Assembly: GCA_965200315.1 (NCBI GenBank)
Contig: OZ241362.1
Span: 4,576,001-4,640,000, forward strand
DNA: 64,000 bases
Direction: 5' to 3'
Source: Candidatus Latescibacterota bacterium
GTDB lineage: Bacteria; Latescibacterota; UBA2968; UBA8231
Under the pieces are notes generated by a model, which ran no database searches, was not told the DNA's origin, and saw only the letters and a list, made by a program, of their open reading frames with translations. Below, piece by piece: positions 1-9,162 of the stretch (positions are counted from its first letter, which is position 1; every line of letters begins with the position of its first letter). The translations under genes and the position numbers were made by a program.

Positions 1-1458
1 GAACTCGACGTCATCCCAAATTGGCATACATCCTTGATAGCCAGCAGCGGAATCCACCGGATCGATTCTCGCGCAGGCATCATCAAAGAAGTTTATCCAT
101 CCAAGTACTGGCCTGGGGAGACACTGGGCGACCAGCTCGAATTTGCTCTCAAGTATGACGGAACGAACCTCGCCATTCTCGCCAGCTTGTTCCAGAAAGC
201 ATCAGAGGACGATTTCCTCGCCTATGTCCGCTCGAAACCGACCGGCAAGTACGTCAGGCGCTTGTGGTTTTTCTATGAGTTCCTGACTGGGAAGAGACTC
301 CCGTTGGATGACCTGAAGCGAGGGAACTACATCGATCTACTCGAACCAGATGCCTATTATACGATCGAACCGGGCCACCAAATCCGCCGTCAACGGGTCA
401 ATGACAACCTGCTTGGTGAAAGTCGATTCTGTCCAACAGTTCGTCGCACCGATATTCTGCGAAACTTTGAAACGGACGAGCTGCATACGAGATGCCGACA
501 AGTGGTGTCTCGTTATGCGCCAGAATTGTTACAGCGCGCGCTCAACTACCTGTACACCAAGGAAACAAAATCGTCTTTTGAAATCGAACACATCACCCCC
601 ACCTCGACCCGAACCGAACGCTTCGTAGCTCTGCTCCACCTAGCCGAGCGGAAAGACTTTTGTCGCAAACCGCGGTTAATTGACTTACAGAACCGCATCG
701 TTGACGCCCGGTTCTGCGATGCCGACTATCGAATGACCCAAAATTACGTCGGGCAGAGCGTGGCTTGGCAGCAAGAGCACATCCACTTTGTGGCCCCCAA
801 GCCCGATGATTTAGCTGGCCTGATGGAAGGCCTAGTAGCCACTCACAAACGCATGGAAGTCGGTGCTGTTCCGCCTGTTATTCAAGCTGCTGCCATCACC
901 TATGGATTCGTTTTTCTGCACCCCTTTGAGGACGGTAATGGTCGAATCCATCGCTTCTTAATCCACAATATTCTCGCTCGCCGTGGCTTTACACCCGAAA
1001 GCGTTATGTTTCCCATATCGGCAGTCATGCTAAAAAATCCAGCCGACTATGACGCCTCCCTAAATGCTTTCTCCCAACAGCTAATGCCCTTGGTGGAATA
1101 CACACTCGACCAAGATGGACGCTTGACTGTGCATAACGATACTGCTACATGGTACCGCTATATCGACATGACCCCCCAAGCAGAGACACTTTTTCGCTTC
1201 ATTGATCAGACCATAGATACCGAACTCGCCCGCGAACTGGCCTTCCTAGCCAACTACGATACGACCAAACAAGCCATCCAAGCCATCGTAGATATGCCCG
1301 ACCGACAGATTGACCTCTTCATTCGTTTTTGCCGCCAAAACAACGGCCAACTGTCCGCCCGAAAACGCGCAAGCCACTTTAACGATCTGGCAGATGAAGA
1401 AGTCGATTCTATGGAAGGTGTCGTGCAAGCCACTTATGGGAACGCCACCGTCCCGTAG
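1..1458 (+). CDS. Fic-domain protein (5' end probably outside window)
   Basis: Fic motif HPFEDGNGRIHR; frame is open from base 1. Confidence 0.9.
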   Translation, partial: ELDVIPNWHTSLIASSGIHRIDSRAGIIKEVYPSKYWPGETLGDQLEFALKYDGTNLAILASLFQKASEDDFLAYVRSKPTGKYVRRLWFFYEFLTGKRLPLDDLKRGNYIDLLEPDAYYTIEPGHQIRRQRVNDNLLGESRFCPTVRRTDILRNFETDELHTRCRQVVSRYAPELLQRALNYLYTKETKSSFEIEHITPTSTRTERFVALLHLAERKDFCRKPRLIDLQNRIVDARFCDADYRMTQNYVGQSVAWQQEHIHFVAPKPDDLAGLMEGLVATHKRMEVGAVPPVIQAAAITYGFVFLHPFEDGNGRIHRFLIHNILARRGFTPESVMFPISAVMLKNPADYDASLNAFSQQLMPLVEYTLDQDGRLTVHNDTATWYRYIDMTPQAETLFRFIDQTIDTELARELAFLANYDTTKQAIQAIVDMPDRQIDLFIRFCRQNNGQLSARKRASHFNDLADEEVDSMEGVVQATYGNATVP

Positions 1459-1475
1459 CCTCATTCTTTACACCC

Positions 1476-2219
1476 CTACCAATTCGTATAGGACCCATCA
1501 TCGCGCAGATAGCCGGTGGGTGGTCCGTAGTCCTGTGTTGATACGGTGGCGAGTGCTGCTTCGTCAAATTCAATGCCGAGGCCGGGAGCTGAGGGAGGCA
1601 AGAGGTAGCCCGATTCAAACGGCACCTGCACTGGAAACTCATCGGCAAGTGAAGACATCGGCGCACGAGGAAGTTCTTGGACACCGACGAGTGACGATGC
1701 CAAACAAAGATGCAGACAGGCTGCGGTAGAAACCGGCCCGAGCGGGGGTTCAAACGTCCCTTTGTCTGCACCATCAGCCAAACCCCAGCGGACGAATTTC
1801 CAACCGGCCTCATGGGTTTGGCGACAGCTCTCAACAAGGGCATCAATCGTGCCGCCGCCGTTGTGCGGATAGCAGACGACTTTGTCTCTCGTGCGCCCAC
1901 CCAAAAGTTCGTACACAGGCACATTGAGTGCTTTCCCTTTGATGTCCCAGAGTGCGATATCTACGGCACTTACTGCGGCGGATTGGACGACACCGCCGGG
2001 AAAGAAACCACCGCGAAACATCACTTGCCACAGATGTTCAATTTGGAACGGGTCCGCACCGATGAGAAACGGTTCAAAAGAGCGAATAACTTCGGCTAAA
2101 GCGAGGGCGCGCCGTCTCAATCCCCCTTCGCCGAGACCGTAGATGCCCGCATCGGTTTCTACCTTCACGAAGAAATAGCCGCTCGATCCAACAAAGGATT
2201 TGATCTTAGTGATTTTCAT
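1476..2219 (-). pseudogene. Mandelate racemase/galactonate dehydratase-family gene with ~130-aa in-frame internal deletion
   Basis: N-terminal capping domain (VKVETDAGIYGLGE, SAVDIALWDIKGKALNVPVYELLGG) joined directly FEP|PLGP; the paralog at 48529 has 130 extra residues here, including the metal ligands. Confidence 0.8.
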
Positions 2220-2248
2220 AAATTCCTTCATTAATGTTTGGCGTCAGC

Positions 2249-3142
2249 TCACTCCACCGGCCCGTAGTGCGGCCCCCATTGGCGGGCTATACCCCTCCCT
2301 AGGGCTAGGAGCGCCTGTTGTTCGCCTGCATCCAACGGTGCGTAGCGCCGCACCCATTCGATATTCTGCACTAGCTCTTCCTCGTTATAGACTCCAATGA
2401 CCGCCAGATTTACTCCCGGCAATCCCAAGGCGTAGCGCAACGCCCGCTCGTGATCGTCAAAGCCGCTGTTGGTCATCGCCGAGGGCCGGGGCGTGTCGTA
2501 TGCCATGTCGATGGCTCCGCCGTACACCTTCATCGCAGCGACGCCAGCGTTCTGAGCACGAGCCAAAGGCAGGACCACCTCCTCAAAGTTGTAAATGTGG
2601 CAGTCGGCGAAGCTGAAGGCGAACATACAGGCGTCGATTTCGACCTCGCGCAGAACCTTGGCAGACTTCCAAGGGGCGTGGTGAGCGGTGATGCCGATAT
2701 AGCGAGTCCAGCCGCGCCGCTGCGCTTCGCGCAAGCCAGCGAGAGCACCGTCTTTAGCCAGCACTTGTTCTAGGTCTAAGTGCCCTAGCGAATGAACGTA
2801 CATCAGGTCCAAGTGGTCAGTACCCAAAGCGTCCAAGTTCTTTTCGACGATGTCGAGTGCCTCTTGATAGTGGGCCGTGTGGGCCTTGCTGACCAAAAAC
2901 AATTCGCGCCGACAATGAGGGATAATCTGGGCGAGCTGGCTCTGGGCGAGCTCGTAGCCGGGGGCTGTGTCGATGTAGGTAACGCCGAGGTCAATGGCCC
3001 GTTCAAAAAGCGCGATGGCATCCGCGTCTGCTAGGCCCATGCCGCCGGGGGCCGTGCCCAAGCCGAGCATGGGGACGTGTTCGCCGGTCTTGCCGAAAGT
3101 GGCTTGCGGCAGGGGGGCTATGTCGATGGAGGCGGTAGTCAT
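2249..3142 (-). CDS. Aldo/keto reductase
   Basis: LGLGT, IDTAPGY, LVSK, DLMYVH motifs. Confidence 0.9.
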   Translation of the reverse strand: MTTASIDIAPLPQATFGKTGEHVPMLGLGTAPGGMGLADADAIALFERAIDLGVTYIDTAPGYELAQSQLAQIIPHCRRELFLVSKAHTAHYQEALDIVEKNLDALGTDHLDLMYVHSLGHLDLEQVLAKDGALAGLREAQRRGWTRYIGITAHHAPWKSAKVLREVEIDACMFAFSFADCHIYNFEEVVLPLARAQNAGVAAMKVYGGAIDMAYDTPRPSAMTNSGFDDHERALRYALGLPGVNLAVIGVYNEEELVQNIEWVRRYAPLDAGEQQALLALGRGIARQWGPHYGPVE

Positions 3143-3290
3143 AATAGCTGCTTCCTTGGTTGGGGGGACGAATACTTGCGGACAAATCTAACCAAACGGC
3201 ACGGCGGCAACAGGGCGCGTTTTGCCCACTGTCTGCGGTTTGGTATGTTAAGCCGACTAATTTCACTAGCTCGAATCAAAGGAGGACATT

Positions 3291-3656
3291 TTGGTCATTC
3301 GCAATTGGCGCAACGTCACGCCCGTCGTCGGGCATGAATCCAAACTGATCTGGTCGATTTTTCGCGCTCAGAGCGCCGAAGGACTAGACGAAAACGAAGC
3401 GGTACTCCTAGGATTTTCCGGCCTAACGCTACATCGCCTGCAAGGGGGACTAGAAGGCGATTATCACGAGCACGAGGCCACCGAACAGGTGTACTACTTC
3501 CTCAGCGGCCAAGGGCAGATGAAGATCGACGGGGAGATCTACGAAGTGCGCGAGGGCGATGCAGTACACATCCCACCGAAGGTCAAGCATCAGCTTTCCA
3601 ACACAGGAGACGATTGGGTCGAGCACTTGATCATCAGCTCACAAGTCGCAGGATAG
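3291..3656 (+). CDS. Cupin-domain protein
   Basis: HEHEATEQVYYFLSGQG and GDAVHIPPKVKH cupin motifs; GGAGG RBS before TTG. Confidence 0.85.
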   Translation: MVIRNWRNVTPVVGHESKLIWSIFRAQSAEGLDENEAVLLGFSGLTLHRLQGGLEGDYHEHEATEQVYYFLSGQGQMKIDGEIYEVREGDAVHIPPKVKHQLSNTGDDWVEHLIISSQVAG

Positions 3657-3659
3657 GCG

Positions 3660-4595
3660 GTGTCTGCAACTCCCCTGATTATGGACGTCGATACGGGCGT
3701 TGACGACGCCCTCGCCCTGCTTTTGGCCTTGGCCTCGCCCGAGGTCGAGTTGGTGGGCGTCTCTACGGTGGCTGGCAATGTGCCGCTGCATCGAACGACC
3801 GACAACACACTGCGCCTGTTGCAGTGGGCGGGTCGAGCCGACGTTCCGGTGTACGCTGGCGCAGAGCAGCCTTTGGTGCGAGACGCGGTCGCCGCCGCCG
3901 ACGTACACGGCGCAACCGGTCTAGGCGCGGCCCAGTTGCCCGCGGCGCACACCTCGCCAGCGGGCGACGGGGTGGAATTTCTGCTGAGCACTTTGCAGGC
4001 GCGCCCCGGAGAGGTAACGCTCGTCGCGACCGGGCCGTTGACTAACTTGGCGCAGGCTGAGGCGCGGGTGCCGGGCGTCATGCGACAGGCGCGTCAAGTG
4101 GTGATCATGGGTGGGGCCTTACAAGTGCCGGGCAATATCACGCCAACGGCCGAGTTCAATTTCTACGCCGACCCACACGCCGCACGTCAAGTCCTCGCGT
4201 CCGAAGCCGAGCTGGTATTGGTGGGGCTGGACGTCACCGAGCAGGTCTGGCTAGATCAGACCGCCTTGCAAGCTGGCACAGGGACGCGCGCGGGGTTTTG
4301 CCGTGCAGCGTGTGAGCCAGTGATCGCCTTTGAGGCCGCGCACTACGGCTCCGCTGGAATGCACGTGCATGATCCCATGGCCTTAGGAACGGCCCTGTGG
4401 CCGCAGCTCTTCCGCACGCAGCAACTGTGGGTGGATGTGGAGACGGTCGGCGAACTGACCGCCGGGCAGGTAGTAGTTGACCTGCGCGCCTTGGCGAGCG
4501 ACCAAGAGCGGCTGGGGCGGCCCGTAGCGTGTGCTATGGACGTGGAACAGGCGCGCTTTCTCGAGTTATTCACTGAGCGGGTATTGACGCCTTAG
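3660..4595 (+). CDS. Inosine/uridine-preferring nucleoside hydrolase
   Basis: DVDTGVDD, ATGPLTNLA, AEFNFYADP, HDP motifs. Confidence 0.93.
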   Translation: MSATPLIMDVDTGVDDALALLLALASPEVELVGVSTVAGNVPLHRTTDNTLRLLQWAGRADVPVYAGAEQPLVRDAVAAADVHGATGLGAAQLPAAHTSPAGDGVEFLLSTLQARPGEVTLVATGPLTNLAQAEARVPGVMRQARQVVIMGGALQVPGNITPTAEFNFYADPHAARQVLASEAELVLVGLDVTEQVWLDQTALQAGTGTRAGFCRAACEPVIAFEAAHYGSAGMHVHDPMALGTALWPQLFRTQQLWVDVETVGELTAGQVVVDLRALASDQERLGRPVACAMDVEQARFLELFTERVLTP

Positions 4596-4839
4596 CTCGC
4601 CTTCATCCCATTATACTGTTTGCGTTGTAGATTTGTGTTCATGGCGGAAGGGGGGATAAGTTGGTTTGTTGGGAAAGGATTGGTCTCGTTCCTAAAAGGT
4701 CTCATGGATGGGGCGTGTCCGATACAGTCTCACCCCGCATGGCTCTGTCCGCCCTGCTACACAGCCGCCGTGGTATAGGTCTTGCCAATATGCGGTGCAG
4801 AGATTTTTCGCGCTGTGTATTGTTTAGCAAACCGGAGGT

Positions 4840-5109
4840 TTGATAATGAGTGAGTCCCATCCGGCACCGAAGCGGCCTTATCCGCTAGATCACGAGGGCC
4901 GCACCCCCCGGCTAGAGGGCATCATCGAGCAAATTGACGTCCGGCTAGGCCGCATCGAAACCAAGCTCGACGCCAACGACGCCAAAATCGACGCGACTCG
5001 CGAGGCCCTTGACGGCAAAATTGACCGGCTCTACCGCTGAGTGATACCGCTGTAGATCACGACGATCTTAGCGATTGTAGGACTGGCGTTTGAGACATTT
5101 AGCGGCTAG
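4840..5109 (+). pseudogene. Small coiled-coil protein with C-terminal TM helix, two nonsense codons
   Basis: ...KIDRLYR-TGA-VIPL-TAG-ITTILAIVGLAFETFSG-TAG; the hydrophobic tail continues in frame past both stops. Confidence 0.55.
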
Positions 5110-5132
5110 CACCGAAGGTAGCAGCGCGACCC

Positions 5133-5282
5133 CTAGCCGCAGTGGCAGCCACCGCTGAGCAAGCTGGCCGCTGACAAATCCCGGGGCGGCGCTTTGCCAA
5201 AGGCGAGGTTGAGGACGTCGAGGGCCTCTTCAAAATCCGCGGCATGCAGCCGACTGATGGCAGTGGATGCGGCCGCTTTCAC
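5133..5282 (-). pseudogene. Fused gene fragments (GNAT-like N-terminus plus GFA-like LSGGCHCG start)
   Basis: ISRLHAADFEEALDVLNLAF followed by LSGGCHCG then stop. Confidence 0.35.
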
Positions 5283-5287
5283 CGCGC

Positions 5288-5830
5288 TTAGGCCGTCGGT
5301 TGGAGGCGGTCGGCAAACTTCTGGCGAAACGCCTGCATCTTGGGATCGATGACTAGCGCGCAGTAGGGCTGGTTGGGATTGAGCCGGTAGTAGTTTTGGT
5401 GGTACGCCTCGGCCGGCCAAAAGGCACTGGCGGGCGCGATCTCGGTCACGATCGGATCAGCCCAAAGGTCGCTCGTGTCCGCAGCGGCTCTGGCGGCGGC
5501 CGCCGCCGCTTGCTGCTCGGGGCGGTGGTAGAAAATCACCGACCGGTACTGAGTACCGCGATCCGCGCCTTGGCGGTTGAGCGTGGTGGGATCGTGCGTA
5601 CGCCAGAAGACGTAGAGCAAGTAGTCAAAGCTGATGACCTCGGGATCGAATTGCAGTTGCACGACCTCAGCGTGACCAGTCCGACCACTGCAAACGGCCT
5701 CGTACGTAGGTTTTTCCAACGCGCCGCCCATATAGCCAGAGACCGCGCTGGCAACGCCCCGCAGGTCTTGGTACACGGCTTCGACGCACCAGAAGCAACC
5801 CGCGCCCAGAGTGGTAGTTTCCAAACTCAT
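5288..5830 (-). CDS. msrA: Peptide-methionine (S)-S-oxide reductase
   Basis: GAGCFWC, GRTGHAEVV, HDPTTLNRQGADRGTQYRS, AEAYHQNY; true start MSLETTT overlaps the upstream stop. Confidence 0.96.
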   Translation of the reverse strand: MSLETTTLGAGCFWCVEAVYQDLRGVASAVSGYMGGALEKPTYEAVCSGRTGHAEVVQLQFDPEVISFDYLLYVFWRTHDPTTLNRQGADRGTQYRSVIFYHRPEQQAAAAAARAAADTSDLWADPIVTEIAPASAFWPAEAYHQNYYRLNPNQPYCALVIDPKMQAFRQKFADRLQPTA

Positions 5831-6027
5831 CCTCCATCCTCCATCCACTTCTTGTATTGCCGCCACGTGCCGCCCTTGGGGTGCTTCTCTAGGGTGTGAT
5901 GGACCCGCTCGTGGGCTCGATGGTTGTCCTCGACGAGACGGCCCACCCCGCGCCCTTGGGCCCGGTGGACGAACCAGAAAACTAGCGAGAAGAAGATCAG
6001 ATATAGCCCTTTGCCAAAGTATTCCAT
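5827..6027 (-). CDS. Small single-TM hypothetical protein, translationally coupled to msrA
   Basis: GGAGG RBS, hydrophobic N-terminal segment, ATGA overlap with msrA. Confidence 0.55.
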   Translation of the reverse strand: MEYFGKGLYLIFFSLVFWFVHRAQGRGVGRLVEDNHRAHERVHHTLEKHPKGGTWRQYKKWMEDGG

Positions 6028-6137
6028 AGCATCCTCCAAACGACTTTAAGGTAGGAACCTCAGCAGTCCCCGGCAACGCGCTCCGCTTGACCGGGGCAGG
6101 CGGTCGCTTACCTTGAAACGCAGAAAGGAGACTACCC

Positions 6138-7058
6138 ATGTTGTACAGAGCATTTGGCCGAACGGGCTGGCAGGTCTCGGCCATCGGTTTGGGAACCTGG
6201 AACATCGGCAACCAATGGGGGCCTATCGACGAGGCCACAGCTTGGGATACGGTGCGCACGGCTTTTGACTGCGGCGTCAATCTCTTCGACGCGGCCGAGT
6301 CCTACGGCACGCCCAACGGGCTGTCGGAAGAGCGGTTGGGACGCGCCTTGGCCGGCATCCGGCACCAAGTTTTTGTCGTCAGCAAAATCGGCAATTGGGG
6401 AGCGCGCACCGGGCAGGGCGTGCCCAAAACCACGGTCGATATGATCCGCCTGTGCGCCCACGCCTCCCTGCACAGGCTGCGCAGCGACTGGCACGACGTG
6501 CTGCTGTGCCACGAAGGCAACATCGACGATCCATCCATCTACTTGGATGCCTTTGCTGCGCTCGTTGAGGAAGGGCGGCTGCGGGCCTTTGGCATTTCGA
6601 CCGATAGCCTAGCAGTGCTAAAGCACTTCAACGCCCGAGGCGATTGCTCGGTGGTGGAGATAGACTATTCGCTGGTCAACCTCCAAGCCGAAGCCGAGCT
6701 TTTGCCCTATTGCCAAGAACACGGCATTGCCGTACTGGTGAGGGGGCCGCTGGCCAAGGGGCTTTTGTCTGGCCGCTACACGAAAGAGTCGGTTTTTACC
6801 GACGAAGTGCGGCAGCCCCTCAACGCCGGCGAGCCACAGCGCGCCGAATTCGAGGCCAAGCTGGCACACGTCAAGCGCCTCGCCGAGGTCGTCGCGCCCG
6901 GCGAGGCCATGGTGGAAAAATCCCTCCAGTACGTCATTTCCCATCCAGCCGCGCCAGTGGCTATCCCCGGTGCCAAGTCAGCCGCCCAAGCCCGCGCCAA
7001 CGCCGCCGGAGCGCAACTTTTGCCCGCTGACGAAATAGAAAGGTTGCGGGGAATATGA
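6138..7058 (+). CDS. Aldo/keto reductase
   Basis: IGLGTW, FDAAESYG, VVSK, PLAKGLLSG, IPGAKS motifs; AAGGAG RBS. Confidence 0.93.
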   Translation: MLYRAFGRTGWQVSAIGLGTWNIGNQWGPIDEATAWDTVRTAFDCGVNLFDAAESYGTPNGLSEERLGRALAGIRHQVFVVSKIGNWGARTGQGVPKTTVDMIRLCAHASLHRLRSDWHDVLLCHEGNIDDPSIYLDAFAALVEEGRLRAFGISTDSLAVLKHFNARGDCSVVEIDYSLVNLQAEAELLPYCQEHGIAVLVRGPLAKGLLSGRYTKESVFTDEVRQPLNAGEPQRAEFEAKLAHVKRLAEVVAPGEAMVEKSLQYVISHPAAPVAIPGAKSAAQARANAAGAQLLPADEIERLRGI

Positions 7059-7104
7059 ATTATCGCCACAAAAGTACGTATCCTATTGCAAAGAGGAGCA
7101 TCCC

Positions 7105-7965
7105 ATGACCTTAGTCGGCAGCGGAGCATTCACCTATGCAGTGCAGCAGGATTGGTTTGAATTGCCGGAAGGCTGGCGCTTTGGCTGGGTTCCAGCGGTC
7201 GCTTGCGATTCCGAAGATCGGGTCTATGTGTACAGCCGCAGCGAGCGTCCCATGGTCGTCTTCGACCGCGAGGGGTGCTTTGTCGCCTCGTGGGGCGAAG
7301 AGGTGCTAAAGGACGCCCACGGCATCTTTATCGACGACCGCGACCAAATCTGGTGCATCGAGCGCGAAACCCACTGCGTGCGCCAGTTCACCCGCGACGG
7401 CGAGCTGCTTTTGACCTTGGGAACGCCAGACCAAGAAGGCGCGGAGGGCCAGCCCTTCCGGCTGCCTACCGACTTAGCGCTCGACGCCGACGGCTATATC
7501 TACGTATCCGACGGCTACGGCAACGCCTGCATCCACAGGTATGCACCCGACGGCGAATTCATCAAGACGTGGGGCCGCCCGGGCAGCGGCCCGGGGGAAT
7601 TCGACCTGCCCCACTGCGTGCGCGTGGACCAACGCGGGCGGCTGCTGGTGGCCGACCGCGCCAACAACCGCATCCAGTTTTTCGACCTCGACGGCAACTA
7701 CCTAGAGGAATGGGGCGGCTTTCACCATCCCGATACCATTTTCCTCGACGGGGATACGGTCTATGTCGCGGAGCTCGACCAGCGGGTGAGCATTCTCAAC
7801 CTCGACGGCGAATGGCTCGCTCAATGGGGCTCGGGCGAGCGCATCGACGCACCGGGAGAATTCCTCGGCTGCCCCCACGGCATTTGGATGGATTCCCGCG
7901 GCGACCTCTACGTGGGGGAAGTGCAAACCGACCATCGCATTCAGAAGTTCGTGCGGCAACACTAA
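7105..7965 (+). CDS. NHL-repeat beta-propeller protein (PAL-like)
   Basis: Repeated F..P.D/HG/V..D..G.IYV.D motifs; YVSDGYGN; VADRANNRIQFF. Confidence 0.88.
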   Translation: MTLVGSGAFTYAVQQDWFELPEGWRFGWVPAVACDSEDRVYVYSRSERPMVVFDREGCFVASWGEEVLKDAHGIFIDDRDQIWCIERETHCVRQFTRDGELLLTLGTPDQEGAEGQPFRLPTDLALDADGYIYVSDGYGNACIHRYAPDGEFIKTWGRPGSGPGEFDLPHCVRVDQRGRLLVADRANNRIQFFDLDGNYLEEWGGFHHPDTIFLDGDTVYVAELDQRVSILNLDGEWLAQWGSGERIDAPGEFLGCPHGIWMDSRGDLYVGEVQTDHRIQKFVRQH

Positions 7966-7976
7966 GGAGGTTGGTG

Positions 7977-9116
7977 ATGAACAAATTTTTGTTGCATCTA
8001 ACGGCTTTAGCGGTGTTGGGAGCCTCTGCCCTAAACGCCCAATCCCCGCAAGTAGGCGATCCGGCCCCCGGTTTCGTCTTGGACCGGCTCGATGGCGGCC
8101 AAGCAGCCTTGAGCGACTTCGCGGGACAAGTGGTGCTGATTTTTTTCGCCGGCTATGGCTGAAGTGCCTGTCTCTCGCGTGCCGAGAGCTTTGAAGAAAT
8201 CTGGCAGGAATTTGCCGACGAGCGCTTTGCCGCCTTGGTTGTCGATGCTTGGGACGGCACTGCGGCACAAGTGCGGGCCCGCTGGCGCTTAGCCAAGGGG
8301 GTTACGATGCCCCTCTTGCTGAACGCCTCCCAGATGACAATCGAGTACGGGCAAACCTACCAGACCTTTGCCATCATCGACCACGAGGGCATCTTCCGCT
8401 TCAAGACTAATTTCCTGATACCCATGAACGACCTCCGCGACGAGGTGATGCTGGCTCTGGCCGATTTGCCTCCCATCGAGGAGGAAGCGGACGAAGTGGA
8501 GGAAGCAGAGGAAACGGTCGAAACGGAGGAAGTGGTCGAAGCGGTCGAAGCGGTCGAAGCGGACGAAGCGGACGAAGCGGACGAAGCGGACGAAGTGGAG
8601 GAAGCAGAGGAAGCGGACGAAGCGGAGGAAGCGGTCGAGGCTGAGGAAACGGAGGAAGCGGTCGAAGTGGTCGAAGTGGTCGAAGCGGTCGAAGCGGAGG
8701 AAACGGCCAACAGCTTCGACGACATGTTTGAACACCTCGATAGGCAAGCGGAGCAAGCGGAGCAAGCGGAGGAAACGGAGGAAACGGACGAAGTGGTGGA
8801 GACGGTGGTGGAGGCGTTTGATCAGGCGTCTGTCCCCCAAGCCTTTTCGCTAGCCCAGAACGCGCCCAATCCGTTCAACGGCGAGACTGTGATCCGCTTT
8901 GCGCTGCCGCAACCGAGCCAAGCCGAGCTGGCGATCTACAACCTGCTCGGCCAGCCAGTGGCTGTGCTCGTACAGGGGCCTAGCGCGGCCGGGACATTCT
9001 CGGTGCGCTGGGACGGCCGCGACCAAATGGGACGAGCGGTGACCAGCGGAGTGTATCTCTACCAGTTGCGAGCCGGCGAGTACACAGAAGTCCGCAAGCT
9101 GCTGCTGCTCCAGTAG
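7977..9116 (+). CDS. Putative exported selenoprotein: signal peptide + AhpC/TSA-type redoxin (UxxC, Sec62) + acidic repeat stalk + FlgD-Ig/T9SS-like C-terminal domain
   Basis: TAAGGAGG RBS; MNKFLLHLTALAVLGASALNA signal; VGDPAPGFVL..LDG...LSDFAGQVVLIFF then TGA(8160-62)-S-A-C, in frame with ORF 8235..9116; SECIS-like hairpin just downstream; C-terminal NPFN...IYNLLGQ...WDGRD...SGVYLYQL...KLLLLQ. Confidence 0.85.
8170..8189 (+). promoter_or_regulatory. Bacterial SECIS-like stem-loop
   Basis: CTCTCG(8172-77)/CGAGAG(8183-88) perfect stem, 5-nt loop CGTGC with G second followed by U, possible bulged U at 8171, loop starts ~16 nt after the UGA. Confidence 0.7.
8478..8816 (+). repeat. Coding minisatellite of degenerate 9-nt units (GAAGCGGAC/GAAGCGGTC/GAAACGGAG) encoding E-[AVT]-[EDV]
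   Basis: Directly visible tandem array; translates to EADEADEAD/EAVEAVE/ETEE. Confidence 0.9.
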
Positions 9117-9132
9117 AGGCACATCCAAGCAA

Positions 9133-9160
9133 CATCTGCGCTCATCGGCGTTCATCGGCG
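9133..9160. repeat. Short 10-nt-period intergenic repeat (CATC[T/G]GCG.T x3)
   Basis: catctgcgct catcggcgtt catcggcg between convergent genes. Confidence 0.6.
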
Positions 9161-9162
9161 GC

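Noticed and set aside
5038-5055. TGA/TAG readthrough (Sec/Pyl) in the small coiled-coil gene
   Set aside because: No redox motif or SECIS-like hairpin; two different stops fit nonsense mutations of Trp and Gln codons.
5831-6280. Long N-terminal extension of MsrA
   Set aside because: Overlaps two other genes; MsrA homology starts at 5830.
7203-7976. Upstream part of the 319-aa ORF 7203..8162
   Set aside because: Shadow frame of the NHL gene; only the part from ATG 7977 (RBS, signal peptide) is the real gene start.
8478-8816. Possible CRISPR array
   Set aside because: Contiguous degenerate 9-nt coding repeats with no unique spacers and no cas genes.
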